A stretch of DNA of 64,000 nt, from positions 123,504,001-123,568,000 of the forward strand of contig OZ024743.1 of assembly GCA_964016885.1 (NCBI GenBank), given 5' to 3'. This document shows positions 1 through 14,473 of this stretch, piece after piece. The notes under the pieces are model-generated. The model ran no database searches. It was not told the DNA's origin and saw only the letters and a program-made list of their open reading frames with translations. Each line of letters opens with the position of its first letter. Position 1 is the stretch's first letter. Source of the DNA: Eledone cirrhosa (taxonomy: Eukaryota). The position numbers and the translations under genes were made by a program.

Positions 1-3000
1 GTATGTTTGAATGGATGTGTAGATATGGATGTTATTGTATGTGTGAATGTGTATGTTTTGAGTTGTATGTGTGCATGTGTATTTGCATTGCATCTGTATA
101 TGTGTATATGCAGTAAATTAGATGCAAAATGTTTGGAATGTTTTACATATTTTTACTGTTCCATTAATGGATTGTACTTGTTATTTCCTAACTAGTTGTG
201 TTTCTTCTGTTCCTGTGAAGCCTAGCTTCTCAAGATTTGTATTGAGGCAGTTACTAACATACCCCAGTGCCCCAATAATCACAGGCATAAATCTGAAGGT
301 GTAATCAGGGTGGAGTATCTGCAGATTTCTCATCAGTTCTGCATAAATGTTCTACTTTTCACTAATCTTTGATATTATATTGGCATCTGCTGGGCAGCTA
401 ATTTCCACTACTGTGCATGCTTTCCTCTCTCTGTCCCATATCATAATATCTGGTCTGTTATGCCTGCATTTTATTGGGGTTTTTACTGGAACATTCCACC
501 AGTACTCTTTCATATTATGTACATGGATGTCTTCCAGATTACTGTAGCTTTTAATGTGTTTATTATCGGGGCCATCTTGTTTTTACGAACTGCATTGTAC
601 AGTGTTTTGGCCACTACATCATGCCTCATAGGTAGATAGTACCGCGATGACATCTTTGGACAGCTGCTGATGACATGGGTGATATCCTCGATGTTAGTTC
701 TGCAGAGTCTGCACTTGTTACCACATCTTTGTGTTTTGCCTGCATCCCTATCTCTTTTGTGAATCAGGTATTTCGTGCTAATCTCCTGTTCCTGGATTGC
801 AAAAGCGTATCCTTCAAAGTGGGAGCCAATATAGCGGTTGTTGGTCCAAGATAGACTACTTTCCTTATCTATATTACTCTCACTCTGGAGCTTCCTGGCA
901 ACATATCCATGCATGATTTTTTGCTGATAGGCATGCAGTTTTTCATCCATGGATTCATTGCGATACTGCTGACTGACATCCCTGGGTGTGAGTTTTTGAT
1001 TATCACACAGGGAATATCTCTCGAGGAGTTCCTTCCCAACTCTCATGATCTTATCTGTTTCATGCAGATAGACTTGCTCGAGAAACGGACTCCTACGCTT
1101 CGAGGTTCGTAGATGTTGTCGGAGAGATATGATGCGACATTCAAATGTTGTCTGGACTGATGTTAGGCCTCTGCCTCCCTCTTACGTTTCAAGTAAAGGC
1201 GGTCTATGTCACTGTTGATGTGGAAGTTTCCGGTGTTGTTCAGTATTTTTCGAGTTCCAACATCAACTGCTCGGATTTCGTCTATCGTCCAAATGAGTAT
1301 TCCAAACGTTGGTGTTAGGACAGGCACAGCAAACACATTGTGAACCACTGTTTTGTTTTTCGCAGAGAGTTCCGATGACCAGATCTTTCTTAATCGGGTG
1401 TAGTATTCCCTGGTTACGCGTTCTTTATTACAGATACCATTATAGGGTATGTTCTCATCTATCATCAGATATCGGTGAAACAGTTCGGCCATTGATGACA
1501 ATGTTGCTAGATTTGGTTTTTGTTTTTCCCCGCTTTACAATCATATATGAGCATTTATCTTGGCCAAATTCCATTCCTATATCCTTTGAGAACGTTTTAA
1601 CCAGGTCAAGATTTTTCTTCATCCCGTCCATGTTCTTGGCATAGAGTTTCAGATCGTCCACAAAGAAATGATGGGTTAGGTTCTTATTTCTGTTCTCCTG
1701 TGTGCCAATGATGTATCCCTCACATTTCTAGAGCAGAAAGGACATGGGGTTTAATGACAAGATGAATAATATCACAGAGAGACTGTCCCCCTGAAATATA
1801 CCCCTGCAATATGTTATTTTATCGGTGAAAATAGAGTCCTCCCTCTCTGTCTTTAACCTTAGGATAGTAGCCAAAGAAGAAGACAGCCTCTCTATGGCTC
1901 TGACAATAATGTCTGGGACATTAGCAGGTTGGAGGGCCTCTATCATCCAAAAGTGGGGAACAGAATCGAAAGCTTTCCTGTAGTCATATTCCTCCTAAGT
2001 TGTCGCACCTCCGACATCGCAGTTTTGTTGATTAGGAGTTGTTCAGCACATCCCCAAACCCCTTTCTTTCCAGCTGCTTGTTCATCTGTGATGATGTTAT
2101 TATTTTCACAGTGATCTTGGAGGAATAGGTTCAGGCAGGCTGTATACATCTTATACATCAGGTTCTGGCATACAATGGGTCGGTAGTTTTTTGCCAAGTG
2201 GGTGTCTTTGTTCTTGGGGACCAGTAATGTTTGTGCTAATGTCAACCATTCTGGTATAAGTGTATCACCCTTAAGAATTTGTTTGTAGAGGTCAGTAAGA
2301 TACCACCGATAGAATATCAGTTTTTTGTACCGACAATCATGTCTCTTCCTGGTGTTTTCTTATCTTGGAGTTTTCCTATCACAGTCTCAAGGCTACCCTC
2401 ACTTATTTCGTATGTTTTTGTTGTAGTGTAGTTCGGATTTCTCTTAGCCACAATGCATCTTGGTTGAAATTTTTCTTTTCACCCCATATTTTGCTCCAAA
2501 AGGTATCTATGTCTTTCTGTGATGGGGCCTCAGTGTCACTTATTATTTTGCCCTTCATATCTCTATAGACTGATGTTTGGTTTCGTCTGAATCTTTTATT
2601 AAGCACTTTTCTCTCATCTACCTTCTTCAGGTATCGGAGTTTTTCGCTAACAGCTCTCAATTCTTGTTTGAGGGTGATCAGCTTATATTGGAGAGTCCTG
2701 GTTCTACTGTTACCAAACATCGTCTCTATTTTATTTTTCACGCTTTGTTGGTGAGGAGTGAGGTTTTTTTGTGTTTGTTTGCATGTAAGGAGCATTGTCA
2801 CATGTCCTATGTTTTCAGCAATCTTGGTTTCTATTTTAGTTATATATGATGGTATTTTTGGTGGTGCTCTGTTCTTGTTAATATATCTCCTATCACCAAG
2901 ATAATGCTTCACTGTCGTTGCTAGGGCGTATAAACAGGCGTTGATTTGCCAAAATGTTGGGATTTTTATCCGTCGTAAATATTCATCCCCTATTTCATCA

Positions 3001-3929
3001 ATAACCCGTAATATTTCCTTATTTGGTTTTTTTATTAAACATTGTCGTTTTAACACGTTCAGCGAGAGAGATATTTATACATGAGTTAATTTCTCTCTCG
3101 AAGATTTCGTTGAGGGAAATTTTCAATTGTTTATACTTTTGATTATCATTATCCATAGTATTTTCCACAATAGTCGAGGTAGACTCGGATGGTACACGTG
3201 GTGTCAAATTTCTTCGATTATTATTATTATCGCAAGTGTTTTCACCAGCATTCGAGGTAGACTTAGATGGTACAGGTCGTGTCAAGTTTCTTACAGGCAT
3301 AGTTGTTTCAAGACGCTGTTCGACCTGGCTGCTAGGAAGTCTAGTAGTATGGCGACCTGTAGCACGTGTTGTTGATAACATATTTGTTGTGGGGGACTTA
3401 CAATTAATAATATTTATCTTATTTTTACGTTCAACAAACGTCGCTTGTTGGCGTAATTGTTTCGCTGTGAAATAATTTAGCTCTGCGTGCATTTCGTCCC
3501 AGTGTAGCTTCATTCTATTCATATAGCCAATGGAGGGATTGTTTTTTGCCATTTTATAACAATTAAATAAATCATCATTAATTTCGCAACTCCAAGAGAA
3601 ATGCGATTTATAATTTCGGTTTCTTCTGTAGCTACAACTGAATAAAGTTTGATTACCTTCTTTGTTATTTGTCTTCGGTACTTCCTTAATTTTTTTGTTG
3701 ATGTTGTTTTCAGCCATGTTGTTTGTAGCAAATCCTTGTAAAATGAATTATGTATTTAGTCGGATATCTCTGCGAATTCGAATAAAAGGTGTCTTCAGAA
3801 GGGATAGTTAGAAGAATAACCAGTTATTCAACCTGACTGTAGTTGTGGCATTACTGTCGGAGATAGTATTCATCTTAAATTTAATAAATAGTCTCTCACG
3901 CCAAAATATGCGACTGATCGCGTTGACCG
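1..3929 (-). mobile_element. Near full-length R4/Dong-clade non-LTR retrotransposon (RT + CCHC + REL endonuclease), frameshifted; 3' UTR runs off the window start
   Basis: Broken ORF 3717->118. N-terminal W..E.N..L..CY..A...GYM.RMK..W motif; RT motifs NYRPIVC, GCAEQLLIN, GIFQGDSLS, FVDDLKLY; CRLC..EDITHVISSC..RHD knuckle; RPDII and IPVIIGALG REL motifs. The 5' end abuts a (CATA)n tract. Confidence 0.92.
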
Positions 3930-4087
3930 TATGTATGTATGCATGTATGTATATGTGAGTATGTATGTATGTATGTATGTATGTATGTATGTATGTATGT
4001 ATGTATGTATGTATGTATGTATGTATGTATGTTTGTTTGTATGTATGTATGTATGTATGTATGCATGTATGTATGTATGTATGTATA
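3930..4087. repeat. (TATG)n/(CATA)n microsatellite between two R4-like copies
   Basis: Direct reading of the sequence. Confidence 0.95.
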
Positions 4088-4754
4088 TATGTTCGTCTGG
4101 TTTTATAATTTCATAAATCTTTACCTATCGAAAAAGAGTCGGTTCCTAACATACATACAAGACACTCTCATTGGAATTTACACAACATCAACTAGGTAGA
4201 TATGTATGCATATCGCATGCATGTGTGTGCAAGCATGGATGTTATTGCATATGTGCACGCGCGTATGCTTTGCATCTGTACATGCGTATATGCAGTTATC
4301 AGATGCAGAATTTTTGGAATGTTTTACATATTTTTACTGTTCCATTAATGGATTGTACTTTTAATTTCCTAACTAGTTCTTTTCTTTCTGTTCCTGTGAA
4401 GCCCAGCTTCTCAAGATCTCTATTGAGGCAGTTACTAACAAATCCCAGTGCTCCAATAATCACAGGTATAAATCTGAAGGTATAGTCAGGGTTGAGTATC
4501 TGCAGATTTCTCATTAGTTCTTGATAAATATTCTCCTGTTCGCTAATCTGTGATATTATATTGGCATCTGCTGGGCAGCTAACTTCCACTACTGTGCATA
4601 CCCTCTTTTATGTCCCATATCATAATATCTGTTCTGTTATGCCTGCACCTTCCTATTATGTATATGTATGTCTACCACATTGCTGTAGCTTTTAATGTGT
4701 TTATTATCGGGGCTATCTTTTCCACGGATTGCATGGTACAGTGTTTTGGCCACA
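4088..4754 (-). mobile_element. 5'-truncated copy of the same R4/Dong family (REL domain + 3' UTR ending in (CATA)n)
   Basis: ORF 4299-4589 (EVSCPAD...IPVIIGALG...KICKTFQKFCI) aligns with 118-610 of the first copy. Confidence 0.9.
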
Positions 4755-5106
4755 TGCGTCGATTATGCATTGTTGCATAATGTATGTGGACAGAGGGTGC
4801 AGTGTACCCTACTGCTGCATTAAGTGTGGCGAAACTCGAGTTCGGGAACTACTATAAATTCCCGTTTACGTATGTTGTATTGAAGCGAATAACTATGTGT
4901 ATACTCTGGGAGTGTATTTTACATTACCTATTGAGAACGCTGAGATGCAACCGGTACTAGCATTGATACCTATGCCAAACATTGATACCAAACTTCTTAT
5001 TATATATATATAGTCGGAGGACTAACAACACACTCAGGAGCTGGACATATCGATGAATTGGCAGAATGGAACACATTTCGACAACATGTGTACCTGTTTT
5101 TTCGTA

Positions 5107-5159
5107 CTGCCTGATGAAGTCACAGCCAATAATAGCTGTCACTGAAATATATATAGCAG
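5107..5159 (+). ncRNA. Minimal type I hammerhead ribozyme in a short (TA)n-flanked element (~5012-5205)
   Basis: ctgc CTGATGA agtcacagc-caataata-gctgtcact GAAA tatata TA gcag. Helix I is 4 bp, helix II has one C-C mismatch, helix III is palindromic. Confidence 0.8.
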
Positions 5160-5222
5160 AGAATTTATAATAACAAAGCCAAATTTAACATGTTTTACTT
5201 ATTTTATATGTATATATATATA

Positions 5223-5282
<60 letters not shown>

Positions 5283-5369
5283 TACACACACACATACATA
5301 CATACATATATATATATGTAGATAGATAGATAGATATACATAGCTTCGATTATGCTGTACTACCTTCTT

Positions 5370-5449
<80 letters not shown>

Positions 5450-5825
5450 TCAGGTTATCAATAATGTAGTGATAATATATCGTCACGTTAGAGATGAACA
5501 GCGTACGTGTAGGTTTGCTCAACGAGTATAAATTATATTCCGGAGAAAATGTAGAAAAGATGAATATAAAATGAAAGTGCTTTTTTTTAAAAAGGAATTT
5601 ATTATGTATTGACATATGTTTCTGTAACAGACGGAATACTTATGTATCGCTGCTTGCGTAATCATATAATGTTAGCAAGTATTCGATAGCAAATGTATAC
5701 CAAAATGTATACCAATGCGCAACCAAAATGCTTCAAAAAATCAGGGGGTTTTTTGATCAAAATACTCACACGACCATAAGTATTACATGTGTAAAATTAG
5801 TATTACATGTGTAAAATTAGTATTA

Positions 5826-6701
<876 letters not shown>

Positions 6702-6997
6702 CAGATTAAAGTTTAAGCAAAGAATCGCTGCTTTCACCCTTAACGGGATCTTCTGAAGCTAAAATAATCAATCTGTGAACGCAGAAGTAAATATTTCGAA
6801 AAACGTTGCAGCCGAAGGAGAACAGGAAGACGATACTTTGGTTCGTGAAGACGTTCTCTGGCAATGAACGGAAACAAGCGAAGATAATATGTCAGCAATG
6901 AGAACAATATTTCCTCTAGGTTTCTTATATATTTGATATATATTTATCCTTATCGAGCCCTCTTTGGATTTTCGTCTTCACATTTATTATTATTATT

Positions 6998-7180
6998 GAA
7001 TTGGCAGTATCGGTAGAGGGTTGGACGCCATGCTTTCTAGCATAGTTACGTCCCTTTACAGTCTGAGTTCAAATCCCGCCGAGGTTAACTTTGCCTTTCA
7101 TCCTTACGGGGTCGATAAAATAAAGTACCAGTAATGTGCTGGGTAATTGCTGGCCTTGTGCCTAAAGTAGAAACAATTAT
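6998..7180 (+). mobile_element. tRNA-derived SINE (main family; Nin/Deu-like central domain)
   Basis: A box tggcagtatcgg, B box gagttcaaatcc, core ctttgcctttcatccttacggggtcgataaa..agtaccag; many copies in the window. Confidence 0.88.
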
Positions 7181-7254
7181 TACTAATTATATATATATAT
7201 ATATATATATAATTAATTATTGAGAGGGCGTGCGGTATCTTTGCACTGAATTAA

Positions 7255-7644
7255 TTAAAAGTTGGTTAGAAGCTAAATCAATGCAGACAGGCCGCCAGAC
7301 AGACAGATATTATAAGCGTGCGAGGTTATAGCTATGTATCTAATGCAGACAGCCAGACATACAGAGACATATTATAAGGGCGCGACGTTATAGCTATGTA
7401 TCTATCTAAAAAGACAGACTAGGAAAGAGAGAGGAATATCGTATAACCGGAAGTGTTGACTTTTGAAAATTTTAAAGAAGTGAAGATTTAAATAAACGAT
7501 AAAATATCTTTAATTTTCTAACGAAATTTAGAAGACAAAAATACCCTCACTTTTTTACTTGGAAAAAGTTACATCTATGGTGCAAATTTGGTGCTTTTTG
7601 GTCCAGCCACTTGGCGAAAAGTTTGTTACATACGGCCGTCAGCT

Positions 7645-7652
<8 letters not shown>
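7255..7652 (-). mobile_element. Second copy of the Helitron-like fragment
   Basis: Aligns with 5826-5915 and 6310-6612. A short inverted piece is also present at ~17880-17925. Confidence 0.55.
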
Positions 7653-7699
<47 letters not shown>

Positions 7700-7881
7700 C
7701 CGGAATTCGGAATTGCTGTGACCTCCGTTCTATCCTCTCTTCTCGCCTGTTGTCTTTATTCCAGTCAGACTTTTGGGGATTAACTATTTTCCCTCCTCCT
7801 TTCTTTCTCTCCCTTTCTCTCTCTCCCCGTCACCCTTTCTCCTCGCTCTCCCTCTGTTCGCTAACTGCTTCCGTTTCCTTC

Positions 7882-7981
<100 letters not shown>

Positions 7982-8109
7982 CTCTTTACGCCCGTTCTCA
8001 CCGAGAATAGAAGTGTTTCTCCTAGCTCTCTGCTGTTAATAAAGTCTCTGGGCTTAAGCCTAGCTGCCTTTTTTAACATCGTTCTCTCTCCCCTCGGTTA
8101 CTCTACATA

Positions 8110-8315
8110 CATGGGCCAATTTCCTGTTCTTTTTTCTTTTCTTTCTTTCTCTTCCGTGTCTTTCTCTTTCTTCGCTATCGTCTCTTTTTCGTCTTTCCTT
8201 TCCTTAATAACGTATAAGTTATTATCGCACTGCGAAGCAATGTATTATTTTTATTGCCCCGAAACATCTGAGATCCGCAGCAAACAACTGATAGAGGGAA
8301 ACGACTATCTCTATG
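8110..8315 (+). repeat. Unclassified structured repeat, copy D (hairpin + rearranged hammerhead-like segments)
   Basis: taataac..gttatt hairpin, GAAAcat and aaacaaCTGATAGAggg; homologous to 24431-24548. Confidence 0.55.
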
Positions 8316-8360
8316 TTTGTGTTTTCCTTTACTTTCTCTCTCACTCTCTCTGTCTGTCTG

Positions 8361-8478
<118 letters not shown>

Positions 8479-8490
8479 GTGAGAGAGAAA

Positions 8491-9022
8491 GTACTAGCCA
8501 TCATAGGTATTTCTTCGCATTAAAGACCAGATACCTCAGACTAGCGCGAACAATAACTAAAATAAGTTATTGGGATAAAAAGAAGTGGGTAAAAAGAGAG
8601 ACAGGTAAAGAGAGAAAGGTAAACAAACATGAAAGGTGAGGCAACGTAAAGAGAGGAAAAAATGAGAAAATCAAGTCAATGATTCATTTGAACATAAGAA
8701 CTTGCGAATATTGACGAGAAGACGAGAGACACATCCCAACCATGCGAAAGTAAGCGAGGAAAGAATTACGCACGGTGTGGGACGATGGAGGAAGTGAGAG
8801 AGAGGGTGAGTAGCAGAGAGTGAGTGAGTGAAAGTGTGAGGAAGAGGCTAGCCGAGAGAGGGTGACTAGCAGAGAGGGTGAATGAAAGTAAGAGGCAAAA
8901 GGAGAGAGAAGGCGGAGAGAGAAAGAGGATAGAAGTAAGGGAAGAGAAAAAGAGAGGTCACGGCGAAGGGGAAAGCATTTAGGAATGAAAAATGGTCTGC
9001 TGTGTTGTTGCAAATGTGATAT
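8491..9022 (-). repeat. Unclassified structured repeat, copy B
   Basis: Reverse complement cccaataacttattttagttattgttcgcg...tgaggtatctggtctttaatgcgaagaaatacctatgat matches 24431-24506 and 51845-51926. Confidence 0.65.
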
Positions 9023-9077
9023 AAAAAGTATCTGCTATATTGCAGCTACAACTTCGGTATATACATATTATTATTAT

Positions 9078-9250
9078 GGTTTGGCAGATTCGGTAGAGTG
9101 CCAGACACCATGCTTTGCAGCATAGAATGATGGCTCTTTGCGTTCAGAGTTCAAATCCCGTCTAGGTTAACTTTGCCTTTCATTCGTACGGGGTAGAAAA
9201 ATAAACCCGTAATACACTGGGATAATTGCTGCCAAAAGTAGAAACAATTA
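9078..9250 (+). mobile_element. tRNA-SINE, main family (within the left arm of an inverted duplication)
   Basis: A/B boxes and core as at 6998. Confidence 0.85.
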
Positions 9251-9279
9251 TATATATATATCTATATATATGTATGTAT

Positions 9280-9316
<37 letters not shown>

Positions 9317-9388
9317 TTTATATATATATATATATATATACATATATTTTTATATATAATATGTATATATATATGTATATATATATAA

Positions 9389-9428
<40 letters not shown>

Positions 9429-9725
9429 TTTGAGTGTATGTTGGTTGTGTACCAACACCTCAGTATGGAGAATGTAACAAGGAAAAACCACTACAGATTG
9501 CCTTGCCTCAGAATGAATTTCTATAGACTTTTGACTGAGGAATGTTCTCACAACTGACCAGTGAGAGGAGAAGATGTCCTCTGACGCTGAAATTCTTTGT
9601 TTAAATTCATATGATTCCAGTTCCTCAATGAAACAACAACCCTACCAGGAACTGGGGATATCAGAGTATTGGCAAAGTTATACACCTCAACAACATGTGT
9701 ACTCGTCTATACCACACTAATTCGG

Positions 9726-9780
9726 ACCGCCTGAAGAGGTCACAGCCCAAGATCGCTGTCACCGAAATATATATAGCAGT
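9726..9780 (+). ncRNA. Minimal type I hammerhead ribozyme, homolog of 5107, in a (TA)n-flanked element ~9427-9832
   Basis: accgc CTGAAGA ggtcacagc-ccaagatc-gctgtcacc GAAA tatata TA gcagt. The closing pair of helix II is G-C here and A-T at 5107. Confidence 0.75.
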
Positions 9781-9855
9781 AATAAACGAAGTCAAATTTT
9801 AAACATTCGACTTATTTATTTTATTTTATTTTATATATATATATATATATAAATA

Positions 9856-10041
<186 letters not shown>

Positions 10042-10151
10042 AATGTATATGTATATATATATATATATATATATAAATATATATGTATATATATATATAT
10101 ATATATAAATATATATATATAAATATATAAATATATATATATAAATATATA

Positions 10152-10189
<38 letters not shown>

Positions 10190-10270
10190 AATATATTTAT
10201 ATATATGTGTGTGTGTGTGTGTGCATATATATATATGGATACATACATACATGTATACATATTTATATAC

Positions 10271-10438
10271 AATTGTTTCTACTTTTGGCAGCAATTATCA
10301 CAGTGTATTATGGTTTTTCTACCCCGTAAGAATGAAAAGTAAAGTTAACCTCGGCAGGATTTGAACTCTGAACGCAAAGAGCCATCATTCTATGCTGCAA
10401 AACATGGTGTCTGGCGCTCTCCCGAATCTGCCAAACCC
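10271..10438 (-). mobile_element. tRNA-SINE, inverted duplicate of 9078-9250
   Basis: Shares private features (ctttgcgttcagag, aattgctgccaaaag) and the flank with the 9078 copy. Confidence 0.85.
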
Positions 10439-10994
10439 TAATAATAATATGTATATATCGAAGTTGTAGCCGCAATATAGCAGATACAAATCGAATTGTT
10501 TGAGGCAGTCACAAAGCATTCAATAGTTCGAAAATGTAATACATATTCGTCCAGAGCGAATACAAAGTTATGAAACTGTGAGAAAGTGTGACACCAAGAA
10601 AAGGAACCAAATGCATTTGGCCATACTTATACGACAATTAGAATAAATAAAAATAGGCTGAACACTAACCTAGGCCGTCTCGAGTAGATAGGAATCGATA
10701 GAAATCGATAAAGATCTTCGATAGTTTTCTGGGATGCAGGCAATCTGCACCACGAGTTGCATAATAGAAATGCAAGTCAAAAATGCATTTTCCATATTGG
10801 AACGGGAGCCTTCGTCAGCAGCACGTTTTATTTCCAACGTGTTAGTGCCGGGAGACATTGAGACATTCTACTAAAGTAGTAAATTCAACTGTGTAACCAC
10901 GTGAGGTTTCACAAAAGAGAAAGGTCAATCTGGCCGAAGTGTTGGCGGGTAAATTTCGGGTATGTAGAACAGAGATATTTTCACGTACATTCAG

Positions 10995-11287
10995 ACATCT
11001 CCCTAAAAGAAGGTCACTCTGATATAAAACCTGCAACTTCGTTTGCATCCAATGATGTAGACCAGTTCTACTTTTGGGATAAATGAATTCGATGTTTAGA
11101 GAGAGGGATTGGCCCCGTGCAAAGCCTTTCCTCACTTTAAAAAACTTCAAGCACAGACACCGTGCTTGCGATACATGTTATTGCTGGCTATAGGCAAATC
11201 CCTAGCAGGTCTAAAAGGCCACGCCTGTGATGCTCATGCTTAAGAATCAAGCGATGGATTACTCAAAATTGAGTTGTTGGCACCATT
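10995..11287 (+). mobile_element. RTE-derived non-autonomous element fragment
   Basis: agaaggtcactctgatataaaacctgc...cttcaagcacag...gagttg..ccat aligns with 60385-60677. Confidence 0.6.
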
Positions 11288-11364
11288 TTTTTACATGCAT
11301 ACATACATATTTATTTCTGCTTTCACACTAATTGTTTGCTTACATTTTTAATCTGTGCTAATAA

Positions 11365-11420
<56 letters not shown>

Positions 11421-14262
11421 ATATATATATATATCACATATAAATATCACACCCACACACGCACACAGATGCGCGTATGTGCCAATGTGTGTGTAGTTTT
11501 GTGTAGAATTCTACTAAAGATAACGATTTACTATCCTAACGAAAAACAAATATAAAATATAACTAAACAACTCTTTCTCTCTCATATAAACACATACCCA
11601 TAATGAATTTAAGTGTCTTATACTTATGTGTCTGTATGGATATGTATTCCTTTGTGTGTGAGATACCGTCCATTTAATTTTAAAACAGCTAAACATCTCT
11701 AGCCTTTTGGTTTATTTGCATTTGATATTATATTATTCTACCACCCCCACCACCACATCACACACACGTTCAACACAACAAATGTTGTTTTATTTCTTTC
11801 TTATGTAGTCTATATCTCTTTTTTTATATCTAAATGTATTTTTTTATTTTATTATATGCAAAACGTAAAGACCTCCTAATGGAAAACTATATCGTTTATC
11901 ATTTGTTCAAGTATTTTCTACATATCAAGTTACATTGGTATATTTTATGTTTATTTTCCTCTGGAAATTTAACCGATTCTTCAGAGAAGTTTTCATTTTC
12001 TTTTCGATGTTGGTGGTAGTGGCGTTTTTTGTTTTTTTCCTATTGTAGAATAGTTCAATTTATTTTTTCAAACTGTCCCTTTATCATCCACAAATTTCTT
12101 TTATTCATTTCCATTCTTTACTTCCGAATCATGCTCTTTCTCTCACACACATTCCTAACATATATTGTTTTAATTGTTATACATACACCTTTTCCCGAAA
12201 TATGTTATGAAAAATGGCATGACATTTTAGGATACTGTTTTTCTAGCCTCTGCCACAAAGTTATTTACTCTCAATAGTAAAGTTCCAATAACCAAAATGC
12301 AATTGTTTCTAGGCAGAACAGCGAAAATAGATGTAGTCTAGCGTTTTGAAATTATAGTTACTTCGATTTTATTTTATTTTGTTTCTTTGTTTTTGTTTTA
12401 TTTTTTTAAGGAGGCATATTTTGTGACATAGTTATAACATCTAAATATCTGGATAGAATGTGTTGTATATAGTACTGTCAATAAATATCTTCTCGCATTC
12501 AGAATCTGTAACTCGATTTCAATTGTCAGCGTTGCAATTTAGAATTTTTCCAATGCTTACTTCAACTGGGAAAGATAAGAATTTGAATTCAACTTAAGTC
12601 ACATGAAAAAGACATAATTTAAAAGCAAATGAGCTATATATTTTCGAATGTTTTAAAACTGTATATATACAAACTCATAAATGTGACTAAGATTGTAGAG
12701 CAAGAGATAAACTCTAGATATTCGATGATAAAGCCGCAGTTTTTATTTCCTTTTGAAATTATTTCACTTCACAATATATTGCTAATACACTTAGAAAAAG
12801 CATGGACGATCCCACTTACCATTTATCTTCTCCAAACTAATCGTCGCAGGAAGTCGATATTAATGTTTGTGATATATTTTGAATCAAACACTTCGAGTGC
12901 TTACTATGTCGAAGCATAATTTGTAAATAAACAAAGAAATTCTTGGGTTATCAATGAGATGAAAATAAGTACAGTAAAGCATTCACTCAAATCAGTGAAA
13001 CGTTGCATTTGTGTTACAATAGGCTTCAATTTTCTTTCCAGCTTTTCAATATGCTAGATATTTCAGTTATTGCTTTATAAACACTATATATGACTTTTAT
13101 TCATCTACATTCCAAATATTTGGATCTGAATGGACGCATTTTGATTTAGAGTATAATAAAAGAATAGATTAAATCAGTTTTTATGTTTATGCTAACCCCT
13201 ATACTGATGGGTTCATATCACTACTCTGTCTGAGATTACTCCGATATTGATGAAAACTACTATATTTTTTATGATATGGTAAGGAAAAGAAATCCGAGCT
13301 ATGTTTATGGATCGATTTGTGCTTCTCATTTTTTTCTACCTACAAATAATATTGATTTTTTTTTTGTGAGGAAAATGAGAATAGACTAGTACAGCTTGGG
13401 ATATATTAAATTGGCTGAAATGTTGCTATAAATTCCCTTACTGGATATAAAAGTATGGCTTTTTATTCTAACAAAATTGCAAATCTTGTTTTAAATTGAA
13501 ACTGAGCTTTCTGATTTTCAGAAGTAAGAGTAAAAGAGCCTCGCAAATTTAATAAATGCAATAAAGTGACATAACTTCATTTATCACCAGGGTAAGTAGG
13601 ATTAGGAAGTATGGGGAAATGAAAGGTTTTAAAGAAATAACGCATAGTATAAATATCTAACTACTCAAGTGGTTTCTAGTGTTTGTCCTCGTCAATATAA
13701 CTGAAATGACGCTCTCTGAAGTCTATCAACTTAATTCCAAGTCGTAAGTTGATATCTAGACAGGAAAGCAATCCACTAACAATTCAGTACGTAGATAAAA
13801 AAAAATCTTAAAAGGAAGTATAGATAATTCCAGTAAAAGCAGCCGATAACAGAAACTTTCTTGTCGTATCTGACTTGGCTAGACATAAATTCCAGTGAAA
13901 TTTCGAAGTTAACTCGTTCGTTGTTTCTGTAACTAATGTCTTAACTGTCAACGAACCCTGAACTCGTATGAGTCAAGCTTTCAGTGATAGTGAAATTCTC
14001 AACATAATACTGACAATTATAAAAAAAATATATCCAGAAGTCAGAAATGATTAAGAACTAAAAGAAAGAATGAAAAAAGACTTGTGCAATATATCACGGG
14101 AACATTTGCCACTCACACATGTCATAGTAGTAAAATATTCCACTCCAAATCACTTTAAATTTAATGATGAAATTTAAAATTTCATTCCCCTTCTCATTTT
14201 TTCCATTGTCTAAACAATGTGTCTCACCACATGTACAGTCAATGAAAAGTAAACACCTTAAT

Positions 14263-14473
14263 GGTTTTTGATTTAGGCACAAGGCCAATAATTTTGGGGG
14301 AGGGAAGTCGATTAAATCAACCCCGGTACGTTACTGGTACTTAATTTTATCGACCCCCGAGAGGACGAAAGGCAAAGCTAACCTCGGCGAAATGTGAACT
14401 CAAAACATAAAAGGTTGCAACTCTAAGCCTTGAAGCTGACTGTCCGATGCTCTACCGATGATGCCAACCCCGC
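14263..14473 (-). mobile_element. tRNA-SINE, main family
   Basis: Reverse core ttatcgacccc...gaaaggcaaagctaacctcggc. Further decayed copies lie at ~14720-14880 and ~14896-15075. Confidence 0.8.

Noticed and set aside
3800-3895. Possible HDV-like ribozyme in the R4 5' UTR (minus strand: GG, gaataac/gttattc hairpin, CTAA)
   Set aside because: P1, P2 and P3 each need mismatches, so it cannot be supported from one copy.
6998-7080. tRNA gene (also at 32938, 39850 and 48512)
   Set aside because: A/B boxes only with no cloverleaf; these are SINE heads.
10805-10825. CTGACGA on the minus strand; similar partial motifs at ~6845, ~18237 and ~51640
   Set aside because: No consistent set of helices with a correctly placed GAAA and UH.
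13522-13591. Exon-like segment with ttttcag acceptor and gtaagt donor
   Set aside because: Stops in all three frames; it could only be non-coding and has no other support.
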